Below, one piece after another: positions 13,565 through 26,345 of a stretch of 64,000 nt of DNA. A model generated the notes under the pieces. It was given only the letters and a program-made list of their open reading frames with translations. It searched no databases and was not told where the DNA came from. The stretch covers positions 21,970,815-22,034,814 of the forward strand of contig CM119269.1 of the NCBI GenBank assembly GCA_051294375.1. The letters are read 5' to 3'. The stretch comes from Paraspadella gotoi. Its lineage: Eukaryota; Animalia; Chaetognatha. Position numbers and translations under genes: made by a program. The first letter of the stretch is position 1. Each line of letters begins with the position of its first letter.

Positions 13565-16500
13565 CTGTTTCTCCACATCCTCGATGCTTTTCTTGATCAT
13601 CGCCCTCATTTGTTCCTTCAACTTGTCTCCTTCGACAATTGCTCCTTCCTTTGCTTCTATTTCCTTCAAAGCTTTGAGCACAGATTCGCGGGGCTTTTTG
13701 CCCAAACGTCGCGCCTCTAGAAAAAGAAAAATTGATTATTTATAATTATTNNNNNNNNNNNNNNNNNNNNNNNNNGGAGAGAGATTTATATCATTGATCA
13801 AACATCGGAATTATGATTCTCGACAAATGATGTCGTATCTGTCCTCTCATCCGTCCATCTGTCTGTCTGCTGTCGTCCTCCAATACACGTGGACTGTGGA
13901 TGGATTGGATTGAATTTTGTGTGATGGGTAGGGGAAGTGTGTTACTACTGAGCTACGATATGATAGTTTGATGCGAATGAGTTAATGAGTTTAAACTAGG
14001 AAAAAACAAAAAATATATATTCACGTATCGGAAGTGGATGGGCGGATTGAACCTGGAATTCTTGTAATGGATGGGTAAGAAAAGTGTTGTGAGTTAATTT
14101 GGAAATCAGTTTCCGATTGGAATTGCTATGAAGTAGAAATGTTTTAGTTTATTGATTCATGCTGGTCTTATATTTGCCTTTTAATATTAAATGTAAATGC
14201 CACAGAATGTATTAAATTAATCAAAATACATTAATTCAGTTATCATAATCAATTACGTCCATTTACTCTAATCAAGTAATTACATCTAATCAGTCAATCA
14301 ATTCAAGTCAAATTGTTAATCGAGACGCATATTCTCATCGTACGTTCATTGCCCCCCTGCTTTAGTCGTAGTTAGTGACAAAAAGTCCTAAAAACAAGCA
14401 TTTAGGGATCAAATTAATTAATTAATTGCCTGAATTAATTAATTAATTAACGTATTGAATTATATTAATTAATTAAGATTAAATTATCGATAATGCATGA
14501 GTGGGCAGATTGCCGACAACTTGTTGCTCAAGCTTGTTAAATTTGAAGTTCGGCATTGGATCTTCCACTTCATAAGATTTCCATTGAATGCAGATGTTTT
14601 CCTTTCGAATTAAGATTTATTCTAGGTTTGAATTAATTTAAATTTATTCTCTTCATTTAAGATTTCTTCCCGCCACTGTGATTGTTTAACGCATCCTACG
14701 CACAGAAGAAGAGGATAGAGGAGTTCGGGAAAGCGTGGGAACAGGAGCCGCCGCCGGAGCTGGAGCAAAAGTTGAAGAACGCGACGCGGAGACGGATTCA
14801 TATTAACGAAGGCTGTCCAACGAACCACGGTCTTGCGGAAAGTTGGAAGAAGCGGAACAGCCATGAAAGAGGCGCTGGGCACGAAAGAAATAGATGGTGA
14901 GTCCCCGGAGTTAAGAAGGTGAAGAGTGAAACATAGACGAACATGAGACATGGTATGACGTGAGAAATGAACGACATAGACACTGACAGACACTGAGACA
15001 TAGATATGAACGTGAGACATGAATGAATGAGACATGAATATGAACAATGCAGAACATGAACGTGGGACATGATATGAACGTGAGACATAGAACGTGAGAC
15101 ATGAATATGACCATGAGAACAATGACGTGGGACCATGAATATGCACGTGAGCAATGACAGTGAAGACATGATATCGACATGAGACATGAAGTGGGACAAT
15201 GATCTGACAACCGTGAGCACATCACGTGAGACAATGATAATGCAAAGTGAGACACTGACGTGAGACATTGACCCACTTGAGCACTAAATGATATAGCGTG
15301 AGACTGCAGACATGACGGATTCAAGCAAACCCTGGTTAGCAAATCCACTGGATACAGAAAAGAAAAAAGTAATATATCATGTAAACTATCAACAATAAGA
15401 AAAAATATAATAATACCATCTTGAAAGAAAAATCATGAAGTTTAAAAGATGTTTGCGAACATGCATAAAACGCATTTAACTTCTCAAAATTCTTAATCCA
15501 ACCAGTAACCAAAGCTGGGAATCGCTACAAAAATTATTTCTTCCATAGAGCAAGAAACTTTGGTTTCTGCCTTACAGAAACCCTTTCTAGTTATTAATTT
15601 ATCAAGCAGGAAAAAAATCAGATTTACAAGGTTGGTACATTCGGAAAGCTTAAGGGTATATCCCCTCTTCTCTATGCTGAGTCTTTCTTGTAACAATTTA
15701 GGTAAAAAACTTCATAATGGACAGACCGAATGCTGTGATGCACTGGTCAACTATGGATCGGAACGGTTTGAAAACTAGAAAGTCTCTCTCAACTTTAAAT
15801 TAATGGTTAAGCGTGACTGTTAGAGTTATGAAAATGAAAATATTTTTAATTTAGCTTATTGATAAGCGCATGGAACATTTAACGATTATTCCATTATGTA
15901 CTTTATAAAGTTATAGATTCTGATTAGAGCATATCTACAAGTTAGATTAGCAAGTTCATAATTAATACAAATTCTTAAATTCTCTGTATTTATTAATGAA
16001 AATTTAACAAAAATTTTTGGATCATAATACAAATATTATAAAAGCTTTGATGCAGCACTCCCACTATCGAACTAATTCAGTTGCCAACTCGGAAATTCGA
16101 TTTAGTAATGACAGAAAAAGCAAATTTATTTTGAGAGAACTAAAACAGATAATAAAAAGTGTATCCACTTTTGGGCCGCGCCTTCTGGTCACTCCTATCC
16201 GAAGCTTCGAGCTTAGCCAATTTTTCAATATGTTCTTAAACCTATAAGCAGCCACTCCTGTTTCTTCAGTTTTTTAAAGGGAGGACAAGCTAATTACCCC
16301 AATCTTCGCTTGCCAAAATAATACCATGAAATTGGTTACACAGCGCAAATATAAAATTATGCCATTCATTTAATATATAAGCTATCTTGTCCTGGGGACT
16401 TTGGACCAGCTTATGGTGGTTTAAGCGTTGACACAGAAAAAGCAGTCTTGGGGGAAATTGATTTAGTCACCGCAGCTAGAATTGGGGCTTGAATAAAGCG

Positions 16501-19500
16501 GAGTATTATTCTCCCACATAAATCTGTAACTAGGGGTCCTAAAAACTTAATAAATTTTTTTTAAAGCAAATACGATTTTCGCCCGACAATTTTGGGCCGA
16601 TTTTTTGTGAGTCTATTAATTGATAATTGATTAAAATAAATTTATAGCAAAAAAACGTCATGAAGTTAATTATCATTTAAAAAAAATTCTGAGTAAGTCT
16701 ATCTCTACTGAGCAATAAAGTACGGCAGTCTGGTTTCTTTCGTATCATCCGATTTGGCTCACGGGGGTATTATCTAACATTTAAAATTTAAGCATAAACT
16801 CCAAGTCGAATATTCTGGGTTTAATAATTAATAAGATAGACTTACTCAGATTTTTTTAAATGATAATTAACTTCATGACGTTTTTTGTGTATAAATTTTA
16901 TTTTAATCAATTATCATTAATAACTCACAAAATCGCTAAATTGTCGGCGAATCGTATTTGTTAAAAAAAATTTATTAAGTTTTTAAGACCCTAGTACAGA
17001 TTTATTGGGAGAATGATACTCCAGCCTTTATTCAAGCAATTCTAGCTGGCTGCAAAGCAACAGTGTTCCAAGACTCAGAGCTTTTGCTGGTCAAACAGTT
17101 AAACCACAACAGCCTGTCCAAAGTCAGGGACAAGATAGCTATTTATTAAATGAATGGATAATTTATATTGGGTTGTACCAATTTATGGATTATGTGCAAG
17201 ACGAAGATGGGTATTAGCTTGTCCTCCCTTTAACATGAAGAAACAGGAGTGGCTTATGGTAAGAACATTATGAAAAATTGGTAGTCCAAGCTCGATAGAG
17301 GTGACAGGAAGGCGGCCAAATTGAACACTTTTAATTATCTTATTAGTTCTCTCAAAAAAATTTTTTTTTCCTTCTTATTACTAATTCGAATTTTCGATGC
17401 AACTTTTTGAATTAGTTCATTGTGAGTGTTGCACTAAAGCTTTTAAATATTTATTTATGACAAATTTTTTTAAATTTTCATAAATAAAACAAAAATTTAA
17501 AAAGTTGTATTAATAAACTTCATCTAACTTTTAAAGCTCCTACTCAGAATCTATTAACTTTTAAATTGCTTGAGAGTCATCGTATATGCGGTATGAGTAC
17601 ATAGTTATAGGTGATTAACATCGTTTGTTATGAAGGAAAACGGCATATTAATTTTATGTATTATGAAGCATATATATTGAGGGTCGGGATAACATCGCTT
17701 AACCATTGGTGTCATACGACTCTTGCAGAAGTAAAACATGCAAGAAAAAACAGACACAAAAAAGTAAAAAAAATATTTAGTTGGTTTTAAAAGAGAGGAG
17801 AGAGAATACGAGAAGTGAAAAAGAAGATATGAGGTTCAAAGTTAAGGACAAAGCACAAGAGAAAAGAAAGAGAAATAAAGAGAAGAAAAGAGGGGAAATA
17901 AAACACACGCATGGAGGATCTGCTCTTTCTACAAAGAGCTAAAGACATATTAGAAGATGGGGGTGGGGGTTCTTTCTCTTTCTTTCTCTTGAGCTTTTGT
18001 CCTTAACTTTGACCTCATATTTCTTTTCACTCTTATTCTCTTCTACTCTCTTTTAACCAAATATTTGTTTTACTTTTTGTTGTGTTCTGTTTTTTTCTGT
18101 TGCATTGTACTTCGCAAATGAACTTATGGTTAAAGCGCGACATGTTAACCGAAATCTATTAGGCTCAAGAGGAGCATTAAAAAAAAATTAAATAGTGCGT
18201 TTTCCTCATAAAACGATGTTAATCACCAATCTATTAGTAAAGAATTGAAAAAATTTGAAAACCACCATTTTTAACTTTATAAGAAGTAATAAAATAATCG
18301 TTAATATGGCTTCCGTGCGCTTAAATCAATAAGGGCTAAATTTTAAAAAATTATTTTCATTTTCAATATACTCTAACAGTAACTTAACCATATGTTATTT
18401 GAGAGAACTTCTAGTTTTCAACCTGTTCCGACCAAGTGACCAGTGCATCACAGCATCGGCTGCATAAAAGTTTTTTACCTAAATTTTTACAGAAAGATCA
18501 GATAGAGAAGAGGGGATATACCTTAGCTTTCCCGATGTACCAACCTGTAAAATCTGATTTTTTTCCTGTGATAATTAATAACTAGAAAGGGTTTGTAAGC
18601 AGAAACCAAAGTTTTTTGCTCTATGAAGAATAATTTTTGTAGCGATTCCGAGCTTTTGGTTACTGGTTTGGATAGAATTTTGAGAATGTTTTAAAGCGTT
18701 TTTAAGCAATGTTTCGAACATCTTAAAAAATTCATTGATTTTTCTTTCAAATGGTATTATTAATTTTTCTTATTGTTGTATAGTTTACATATAATTAATT
18801 TTTCTTTCGTATCAGTGGATTTGGCTAACGGGGTATTGCTTGATCCTCATGTCTCATGTCTCACGTCATATCATGTCTCAAGTGGTCATGTCTCACGTCA
18901 TGTCTCACTTCATATCATGTCTCACGTCATGTCTCACGTCATATCATGTCCCACGTCATGTCTCATGTCATATCATGTCTCACGTCATGTCTCACGTCAT
19001 ATCATGTCTCATGTCGTCATGTCTTATGTCGTCATTTCTCACGTCAAATCATGTCTTATGTCGTCATATCTCACGTCATACCATGTCTCATGTCGTCATG
19101 TTTCACTCTCACTTTATAACTCAACTCACCATCTATCTCTTTCTGCAGCGCTTCCTTCATGGCTTCTGCTTCTTCTAACTTCCGAAGACCAGGTTTCGTT
19201 GGATCAGCCTTCCGAATGAATTCCTTCTTCTTCTCCAGCTCCTTCAACTTTTGCTCCAGCTCCGGCGGCGGCTCCTGTCCCACCTTTCGAAGCTCCTCTA
19301 TCTCTTCTCTGTGGAAGATGGCGTTAAAAATCAAAGTGGGGGAGGAAATCTAAATGAAGAGAATAAATTTAAATTAATTCAACCTAGAATAAATCTTAAT
19401 TCGAAAGGAAACATCTGATTCAATGGAAAATCTAGATATGAAATTCAATGCCAACTAAAATTTAAGCAAGCTTAAGCAAACAATGTCGGATCTGCCCACG

Positions 19501-20943
19501 ATCATTATCGATAATTAATTAATTAATTAATAATTAAATAATTCAAGTTAATTAATTAAGCAATTAATTAATTAATTTGATTCCAAATGTTAGTTTTTAG
19601 GACTTTTGTCACTAACTACTAAAAAAGCAATGACGATGAGAATAATGCCGATAACGATTGACTTGATTGACTGATTAATTAATTATTGATAAATAAATTT
19701 ACTAATTGATTAATTAACTGATTAATTATTTTATTAATTAATACATCTTGCATTTACATTTAATATAAAAGGGAAAAAAAGCATAATCAATTAGTGAAAC
19801 AGGTTTTTTGTTTTTTCCATTAAAACTCATTTCCACTCAAACCATTCCATCAAAACTTGATTTCCAGCTTATTCACACACTTTCCTACCCACATACAAAA
19901 TTCCAGTTCAATCACCCCATCCACTCATGAGCAATTGGTGTTCAGATTGTGAAATATATTTCTTTGTTTTTTCCATTTAAACTCATTTCCACTCGGACGA
20001 ATCCATCAAAACTTATCTAGCTAATATCACACACTTCCCTACCCACACACAAAATTTTGATCCTATCCATCCATCCAGTCACGAGTAATTGGTATTTTTT
20101 GCTAAGGTGGGACGGACGGATGCACGGACAGACATCATTTTTTTTGTATAATTTATCATAATTCGATGTTCTGACATGATATGAGTGCCCGACAATATTG
20201 AGGGGGCGGACCGACGGACCGACAAAGTGAATTATAGAGTCGGGATCTGCTGATATGCAGATCCGACTAAAAAAAAAAATAATTGTAAATAAACAAAACT
20301 TGAAACCGTGTGAAATTCAATATTCAGGGCCGAATTGTGGCAAACTTAAAGTGAAGGAAAAGATTGCAATATTTGTGGATAAGGCGCTAAGTGGGCTGAA
20401 GACTCTTCAGTGAAGAGTGCTTTCCGCAACTTCTTTAACCCCCTCTAGCAGCGATGGAACGGGCCCTGTGATTGGAATCATGCTTGAGGGTTCTCCAGGC
20501 TTCCAAAGTGGTTTGAAATTTGTAGAGAACTAAATAAGTTTTTCACAGACAACAATTAATTTATTTAAATTTATTTAATTTATTAAAAGGTTGTACCAAT
20601 TTCAGTATCCGATTTCTAACTTTCAGCCAAAGTCAACAACTCAAAGCCCACCCGACCCCCTTACCCTCCTAACCCCCTTAATCCCCTACCCCCCTACCCC
20701 TCACCTGATCGCCCTCTGTTCATCCACGACCTTGTCAAAGACTTCCTTTCGTTTCGTGATCTCTTTATTAATCTCCACGATCTGCCTTTGAATGACGAGG
20801 GGCAACTCGGCCAGCGCCTCCTCGAACGATTTCTCCGCCGCCTCCTTCATCTCCGTCAATTCACGCATCTCCCTTTGGAGGGTGTCCACTTTGAGCTGCA
20901 CCTCCTGGTCGATGCGGCGTCCGTGCCTACGCGCACGCGCCAC
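11098..20943 (-). CDS. Gene A: coiled-coil repeat protein, partial. Exons 20943-20705, 19308-19130, 13716-13565, 13183-12978, 12483-12430, (unresolved), 11696-11614, 11364-11275, 11204-11098; probably continues in flipped exon ~10145-10529
   Basis: Exons translate to VARARRHG..QRAIR / EEIEELRKVGQEPPPEL..QKEIDE / ARRLGKKP..DVEKQ / IEAYRKAGKDPP..EIYD / LIKQEKELEK. Intron phases match across the first five and the last three exons. The 5' end is missing. Confidence 0.8.
18845..19105. repeat. catgtctcacgt-type short tandem repeat (mirror copy 14935-15310)
   Basis: Repeated catgtctcacgtcat(at) units. Confidence 0.9.
19805..20150. mobile_element. Non-autonomous element with two ~155-bp tandem core units and a GGAC microsatellite (DINE/HINE-like)
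   Basis: taaaactcatttccactc...cacacactt(c/t)cctacccac...aattggt occurs twice, followed by ggacggacggatgcacggacagac. A related core is at ~34960. Confidence 0.5.
20186..20272 (-). mobile_element. Short Helentron-associated (HINE/DINE-like) element end
   Basis: Minus strand reads TTTTTAGTCGGATCTGC..GCAGATCC(C)GACT hairpin, then ctataattcactttgtcggtccgtcggtccg. Sister copy at 50839. Confidence 0.55.
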
Positions 20944-21195
20944 CTGTCGTGGTTGATGCAAAAACAATCATCAACTACATTTAACATACAACAACGTTTA
21001 AACTATCTTGTTTCTTGACTTTGTTCCGAGATAAGGCATTCGAATTTCTTATAAGATAATAACGTAGTTTAACGCCTCCCAGATTACCTGGCTTTCCTAT
21101 CAATAATAAAATCTTTTAATTGTACTGAATAAAAATCTTCCCTAACTCAAAAAAAAACAACAAAAAAAAAGAATTCTGCCCTCATCTTTTCGCTT

Positions 21196-21203
21196 TTGAA
21201 AAA

Positions 21204-21271
<68 letters not shown>

Positions 21272-22957
21272 TTCTCTCTCTCTTCCAGACACATCTTCCA
21301 CGTCGTGGAAGACTGCTTAGAAAGAGCTGGCGATGCGATGGAAGCGCAGACGAGCAATACTCATCGACCGCAATTCTTTTACTCGACGACGGCTCGGCGA
21401 AATGCTTGCAGGATGGTCGCGGCGGACGGCGCTGCTGAGCTGCGGGAAGCGGCGGAGCTGGAGAAGCGCATCCGGGAGTGGAGGAAGCTAAGGCGACGAA
21501 GCGATCTCAACGAATTCACTGGAGGAATTCGACGAACGTCATCTTCGACGTTGTGTTTGCAGACATCAACGGATTGCCTCATGCGGACCAGAAAGGGGAC
21601 AAGTACAAAAGAGAAGGAAAAGGTTTTAAAAGAAGAATTGATTTAGCCTTTTATGGCGTTTAGCTGTTGATAGATTTCATTCATTGTTTGTTGCTCATGA
21701 TTCATTATTCTTTATATATTCATATCAGTTTTGATTCATTTATTTCTTTATTTATCATTCTTTTTATCCGGCATTTATTTATTTTATTTAAACATCGTTC
21801 AATCATTGCCTTTTTATTCAGTGATTTTTATTTTTTCTATTTTTTTTATTACATATTAGTAATTGTAACATTGAATGAATCATTCTAAGTTCATCATTTT
21901 ATCATTATTTCTGTTCCTTCATCATTCATTCATTCATTCTCATTCATTCATTTATAATTCATACATTTATTCCCTTCATTCCATTCAAGCACTCATTCAT
22001 TCATTCATTCATTCATTCATTTCATTCATTCATTTCATTTTCATTCGTTCAGCCATTCATCATTCATTCCCCCAGGAAATTGTGCGAAAGATGCCGAGTT
22101 TGCTCGCCAAGGAGGCAGGTGAAGAAGTCGGGCGAGGAACTCGTGAGAGAAAGCAAGTCATTGCGGGAGACCACCTCTGGACGAGGGCGTTGGACTTTGG
22201 GAGGAAGGGGGAGGCCTTAGGCGGCGAAGGTCAAAGGTTAGAGAGAAAGACACACAGAGAGAGAAGAGAGAGACAGGGAGATGAGAGAGAGAGAGACATC
22301 CATTCCTTTCCTTCTTTTTTTCGTATAGGAAATTCCTGGATCGAAGCAGCGCTGAATTTATGAGAGACGAATTAAAATGGAATTTCTTCCCTCGTTTGTG
22401 ATCGATGCAGTCGACGACGCGCTGCTGGAGGAGGACCGTCTTGTTGGCCATGTGACGAAAGTCATCGCCTTTTCATCGACAAAAAGTGAGGGCGCTTTTT
22501 TCCGAAACCGCCCCATTCACCTCGGTGTTATAATTAGCGTCTTAAGGATTAGTAATTTAAGACCGGTGGCGATCTCGAAAAGAATGCCCATTCAAAATTC
22601 TATCACAGGTTCCAATTCAAAATTCTATACAGGTCCATTCAAAATTCTTATCCACAGATCATTTAAAATTCTTATCACAGGTCCCATTTAAAATTCTTAT
22701 CACAGGATTCCATTCAAAATTCTTATCAAGGTCATTACAAAACTGCTTGATGTGGAAGCGATAGAAGAAACTCGGACTCACTGGTGAAATGGAAGAGGAT
22801 CTGACCGACCTTGAATATCAAAGCGCAGTTCGATCGAACTGTGTCTACCCAAACGCGCTGCCTCAGAAATTGAGACTTACCCCCTTTTTGAGGAAGAGGA
22901 AGATGATGAGGCGGGACGAGGTGAGGGGGAGGGGAGGGAGAGAGAGAGAGAGAGAGC

Positions 22958-22991
<34 letters not shown>

Positions 22992-25900
22992 CACGAGAGA
23001 GAAGAGAGAGAGAGAGAAAAGAGAGAGAGAGAGTTTTAAAATTGACACGATCTAAATTTTCTTTTTTTTCAATCAAAAAGCTAGTTACGTTATTTTATTC
23101 ACACAATATCATTTAAGGAATTATAAGTATTATTTCGTATATACGTACTACCACCTCTCTCCAAGTCTCGACAAAACTCAAGATCTTATAAACTCTCCCG
23201 CGAGGAATTTCCGGGGAAGATGATTTATAACTTTGGGCGCAAAAAGGAATTTGCCGCCTTCGAGAAACCAAGAGCAAATCTTGGCAGCCGACGTCGACAG
23301 AATTGAGACTTCGGCGGTTAGAGAGCCGCGAACCCAGTGAACCAAAAAACAAGTATTTAAAGAGTAAAGACGTTTAGCAATTAAATCATTTCATTAACAA
23401 TGAATTCCGTGAGATATTTTTCTCTGTCACAGAAGGGAAACCAGTGAAATTTTAACGAAAAAAAATGGAAAAAATTTTATGAAAATTTAAGAAATTATTT
23501 CATTGATTAGTTACTTTTTTTTCACGTTGTCCTTCGTCATGTCACCTTAATATGAAACAAAATTCCCTTCGTCAATGTCTCGCTTAATATGAAAACAAAA
23601 ATTCCCGTTGTCGATTTGTCTCCTATATGAAACAAAAATTCCTATTGGATCCAATGTCATCCTTATATAGAAACAAATTACTTTTAGTCGATGTCATCCT
23701 TAATATGAAACAAAAATTCCTTTGTTCAAATGTAATCCTTAATATGAAACAAAATTCCCTTTGTGAATGTCATCCTTAATATGACAACAAAAAAATTCCC
23801 ATTTTGTCGATGGTCATTCTTAAATATGAACAAAAATTCCTTTGGTCAATGTCATCCTTAATCAGAACAAAATTCCCGCTTCGTGAATGTCATCTAATAT
23901 GAAACAAAAATTCCCTTTGTCGATCGTCATCCCTGTAATATGAAATAAAAATTCCTTTGGTCAATGTCATCCTAATAATGAAACAAAAATTCCCTTCGTC
24001 GGATGTCATTCCTTAATTCTTCCCTTTTTCAGCTCCCGGTTCGAAGTCAGTCTTGAGGTGACGGACGCTTGAGCCGCCGACGCAAAAGAATTTCGATGAG
24101 TATGTGTCATTGATTATTTGAGAGGTCAACAGATTGACACTTTTTTTGTCATTTAATCATTTCATATCAGTCTTCATTTTTCATTCATTCATTCATTTTA
24201 TTCATTCATTCATTTCATTCATTCATTATTTCATTCATTTTATTCATTCATCGAACACAAAGGATTCCTCAAATGAAATTGTACGTGAAAGATCGGACGA
24301 CATCGAAGGCGAAGGGCCGAGTCTCATTTCCTTGGCAACCTTCCCGAAGTCTAACGATGGTAAGTTTGATCATGATGCCGTTGGGTGAGGCCATGACTAG
24401 AGACCGGGTTTAGTTTGTGCGGGGCATTGGTAGTTCAACTCGCTATATAGATACCAGTAAGACTCACTGGCTCAATCAGGTACCAGGATCGATCTAAACT
24501 AGATACGACACGATGCAAGTTCAACGGGCAGAAGGCTTACCCCATGCAAATTTTTATCATATTATTATCTGTGAGGCAAAGCTTAAAGCTTTATTTAAAT
24601 TTATAATATGCGCTGCTTTGCGTTCTACCAGATTTCTTTACTTTTACCATAACGCCTCACTATCACAAAAAAGGAAAATTGTTAAAAACGGCAGTAAGAA
24701 GACGACTTGCATGGTGCATACAAAATGTATGATAAAGATTTGTGCTCCTTGATTTGTCAAGTTAATCTTTACTTATAAGACCAAAAAATATTGAAAATGA
24801 TTATAATTATTACACAAATATACTAAATATCTACTTAAGGGAGTCCTATTTCAAATGAATTAGAAATATATTTTGAATGTATCAACTTCTGACTAAAGAC
24901 AATTTTGCACATGGTTTCAAATTCTTTTTTTACTGTTTCCGGGAGAAGAAATAAGATAAGACTTTGAGTTAAGTTATGTATTAAAGTTGCATAAATACTA
25001 TAGTTATTAATTCTTGTAACATTGTTGATTTGGGCTCTAAACAAATAGATAAACACTGTAAAACGGACCAAGATTTGAGCTTGAATTTATAAATGGAAAT
25101 GAGAAATTTAAATTGTTGAACATTTAAAAATAAATGAAAAAAATCTTTTAGCTTTATCTTGTATTTCACTAATTGATTGCTTATTAGAACTTATAGTTTT
25201 AGAAGACATCAATTTAAGGAATGGTAAATGTTCAATTTTTTCACTTTTAAAAAATTTAATGCTTTCTTTATTTAATTATTCCTCCTGTGAGAGATATAAG
25301 AAGAATTTTCTGATAGTCATGATATGAATCAATGGTATTAAAAGACTTGCACAACGATGTAAACAATAGCAATTTTTTTTGAAATGGAATAAAACCATTT
25401 AAAAATAAGAGAATTTTGAGATAAGTAATTTTAGAATCTGGAAATAGATCAAAAAGGACAAGGATTTGCATTAAAAATAAAGAGATATAGATGATTTGTA
25501 CAATTTATCTATAATTTAGAGTAGAAATGCAAACGAGAGCATAACGAAGTCAGTCTAATTGTTTTTTTGATTAAAAAATTGTAATATTATTTTTTGATTA
25601 TAGCCAGTTAATACTCTTATACTTTTCTTGAATAAAACATATTAGCTTCTATTCATAATGTATAATTAGCTTAAAGAATTACCAGAAGATTGATGGTCCA
25701 AACTATAAGTTAAGCTAATGCAACCTTTTTGACTGCACATCACCACAGTAAGTTTAAATCAGTACGCATCCAATAAAAGTGGAAATAGATAGAGAAGAAA
25801 GTTAATAAAGAGGGATGAGTAAGACAAATAAAAGAGTGCGATATATTAGAAATGTTAATATTTGTGTATTTAATTTTGTATATTATTTTTAAAATTATTC

Positions 25901-26345
25901 TAAGATAATATTGTAATTTACCAACTTAATTATTCGAGATGACAGATCAAAACGGTAAATTAGCTTCAATAACCTTCTATTTACGCACAACACAAAATTT
26001 CCAGATAATTATTACAATGAATTTTTATCTAAGTTATATGATATGTTAAAGTATATAATGATCATCTAAACAAATAAATGTATGAAAAAAGTTTGCAATT
26101 TAGGATATTTTTTACATATTCATAGATGAACAAGTCCAGATTAAGTCATAAGGTGATTGGATGTATAAACAATTATAATAATTATCATATTAATTATCCT
26201 AACTCAGATATTATGCATTGATTTCATAAAGACGATGTTCACTAATCCATCCAGGAAACGATTCACACATTTCTATGGCTGCAAGACACTACGCCACGCT
26301 AACTTGCATCGGGTCCACTCTTACTTTAGTGTAAAGCGTGAAGAC
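21196..26345 (+). repeat. Indel-rich inverted copy of 34522-39330 (gene B 3' exons, frameshifted)
   Basis: Exon by exon reverse-complement match (HIFHVVEDCLE, MEFLPSFVIDAVDDALLEE, etc.) with many 1-bp indels. Confidence 0.9.
23530..24015. repeat. 38-bp minisatellite, about 12 copies
   Basis: Unit atatgaaacaaaaattccctttgtcgatgtcatcctta. About 4 copies in the counterpart at 36908-37082. Confidence 0.9.

Larger units (their letters stand above)
13785..20180. repeat. ~6.4-kb palindrome (arms 13785-16700 / 16835-20180) with nested hairpin 17610-18230
   Basis: Arms are reverse complements with dense indels. The left copy of exon 19308-19130 (14700-14897) is frameshifted. Starts beside a 25-N gap. 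Confidence 0.9.

Noticed and set aside
21290-24365. Paralogous gene or pseudogene of gene B on the plus strand
   Set aside because: Uniform 1-bp indels in exons and introns look like raw long-read error, not evolutionary decay.
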